NCBI GenBank assembly: GCA_905331485.1
Contig: CAJNYT010002283.1
Location: 9,576 to 32,000 of the forward strand
From: Rotaria socialis
Lineage: Eukaryota
Reading direction: 5' to 3'
Length of the DNA: 22,425 nucleotides
The position numbers and the translations under genes were made by a program. Shown piece after piece: positions 22,267 through 22,425 of this stretch. The first letter of the stretch is position 1. Every line of letters begins with the position of its first letter. The notes under the pieces were generated by a model. It made no database searches, was not told the origin of the DNA, and was given only the letters and a program-made list of their open reading frames with translations.

Positions 22267-22425
22267 ATGGGTAACGGCATAACAATAAATAAAAAGCAGC
22301 TTCCCGGCGTTCCCCAACCTCCTGGTGCACGTAAAATCGTTGTTATCCCGTATCAAAAATGGATCTATCATGATGCACGTCGTTTTGGTCATTTCAATCA
22401 ATTTAGTACTGATAGTGGTTGTGAA
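22267..22425 (+). CDS. Partial coding exon of an unidentified protein, running off the window
   Basis: Open frame MGNGITINKKQLPGVPQPPGARKIVVIPYQKWIYHDARRFGHFNQFSTDSGCE. It is preceded by a pyrimidine-rich 3' splice-like sequence TTTTATTTTCCTGTTCTCTTAATTCTAG directly before the ATG, so a 5'-UTR intron is plausible. Confidence 0.5.
   Translation, partial: MGNGITINKKQLPGVPQPPGARKIVVIPYQKWIYHDARRFGHFNQFSTDSGCE

Noticed and set aside
1-22425. CRISPR arrays, bacterial operons, phage or defence islands
   Set aside because: No regularly spaced direct repeats were seen. The genes have spliceosomal introns and eukaryotic domains, so a prokaryotic system is not supported.

Overview
The window looks like animal nuclear DNA. 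Two features point to a bdelloid rotifer, but this taxon call is inference: a bdelloid-style F-box/LRR-like gene, and a plant-type PPR-DYW gene inside a metazoan-looking locus. I reconstructed four protein-coding loci by joining ORF fragments at GT/AG splice sites. (1) Minus strand, 3339-6471: F-box family gene with a 1492-bp intron (546 codons plus stop). (2) Plus strand, ~8123-14603: a PPR gene ending in E domains and a DYW-type cytidine-deaminase domain (HSE, CGDCH, CSCNDYF), split over about 12 exons. Four consecutive exons are each exactly 297 nt, each encodes one PLS triplet, and they are arranged as a duplicated ~711-bp two-exon unit. (3) Plus strand, 15131-16465: single-exon flavin amine/polyamine oxidase. 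(4) Plus strand, 16912-20909: five-exon gene with an MBD5/MBD6-type methyl-CpG-binding-like domain and an AT-hook. A partial exon starts at 22267. Three non-autonomous DNA transposon-like elements are supported by TIR structure, two with 8-bp target duplications: 1337-2309 (TA-flanked, long TIRs), 2753-3332 (TSD ATCAATCT, inserted at the stop codon of the F-box gene) and 9776-10236 (hAT-type, TSD GTCTATAC, inside the long intron of the PPR gene). The most notable item is the complete-looking, intron-rich, modular PPR-DYW gene (a predicted RNA C-to-U editing factor) with exon-per-triplet architecture.
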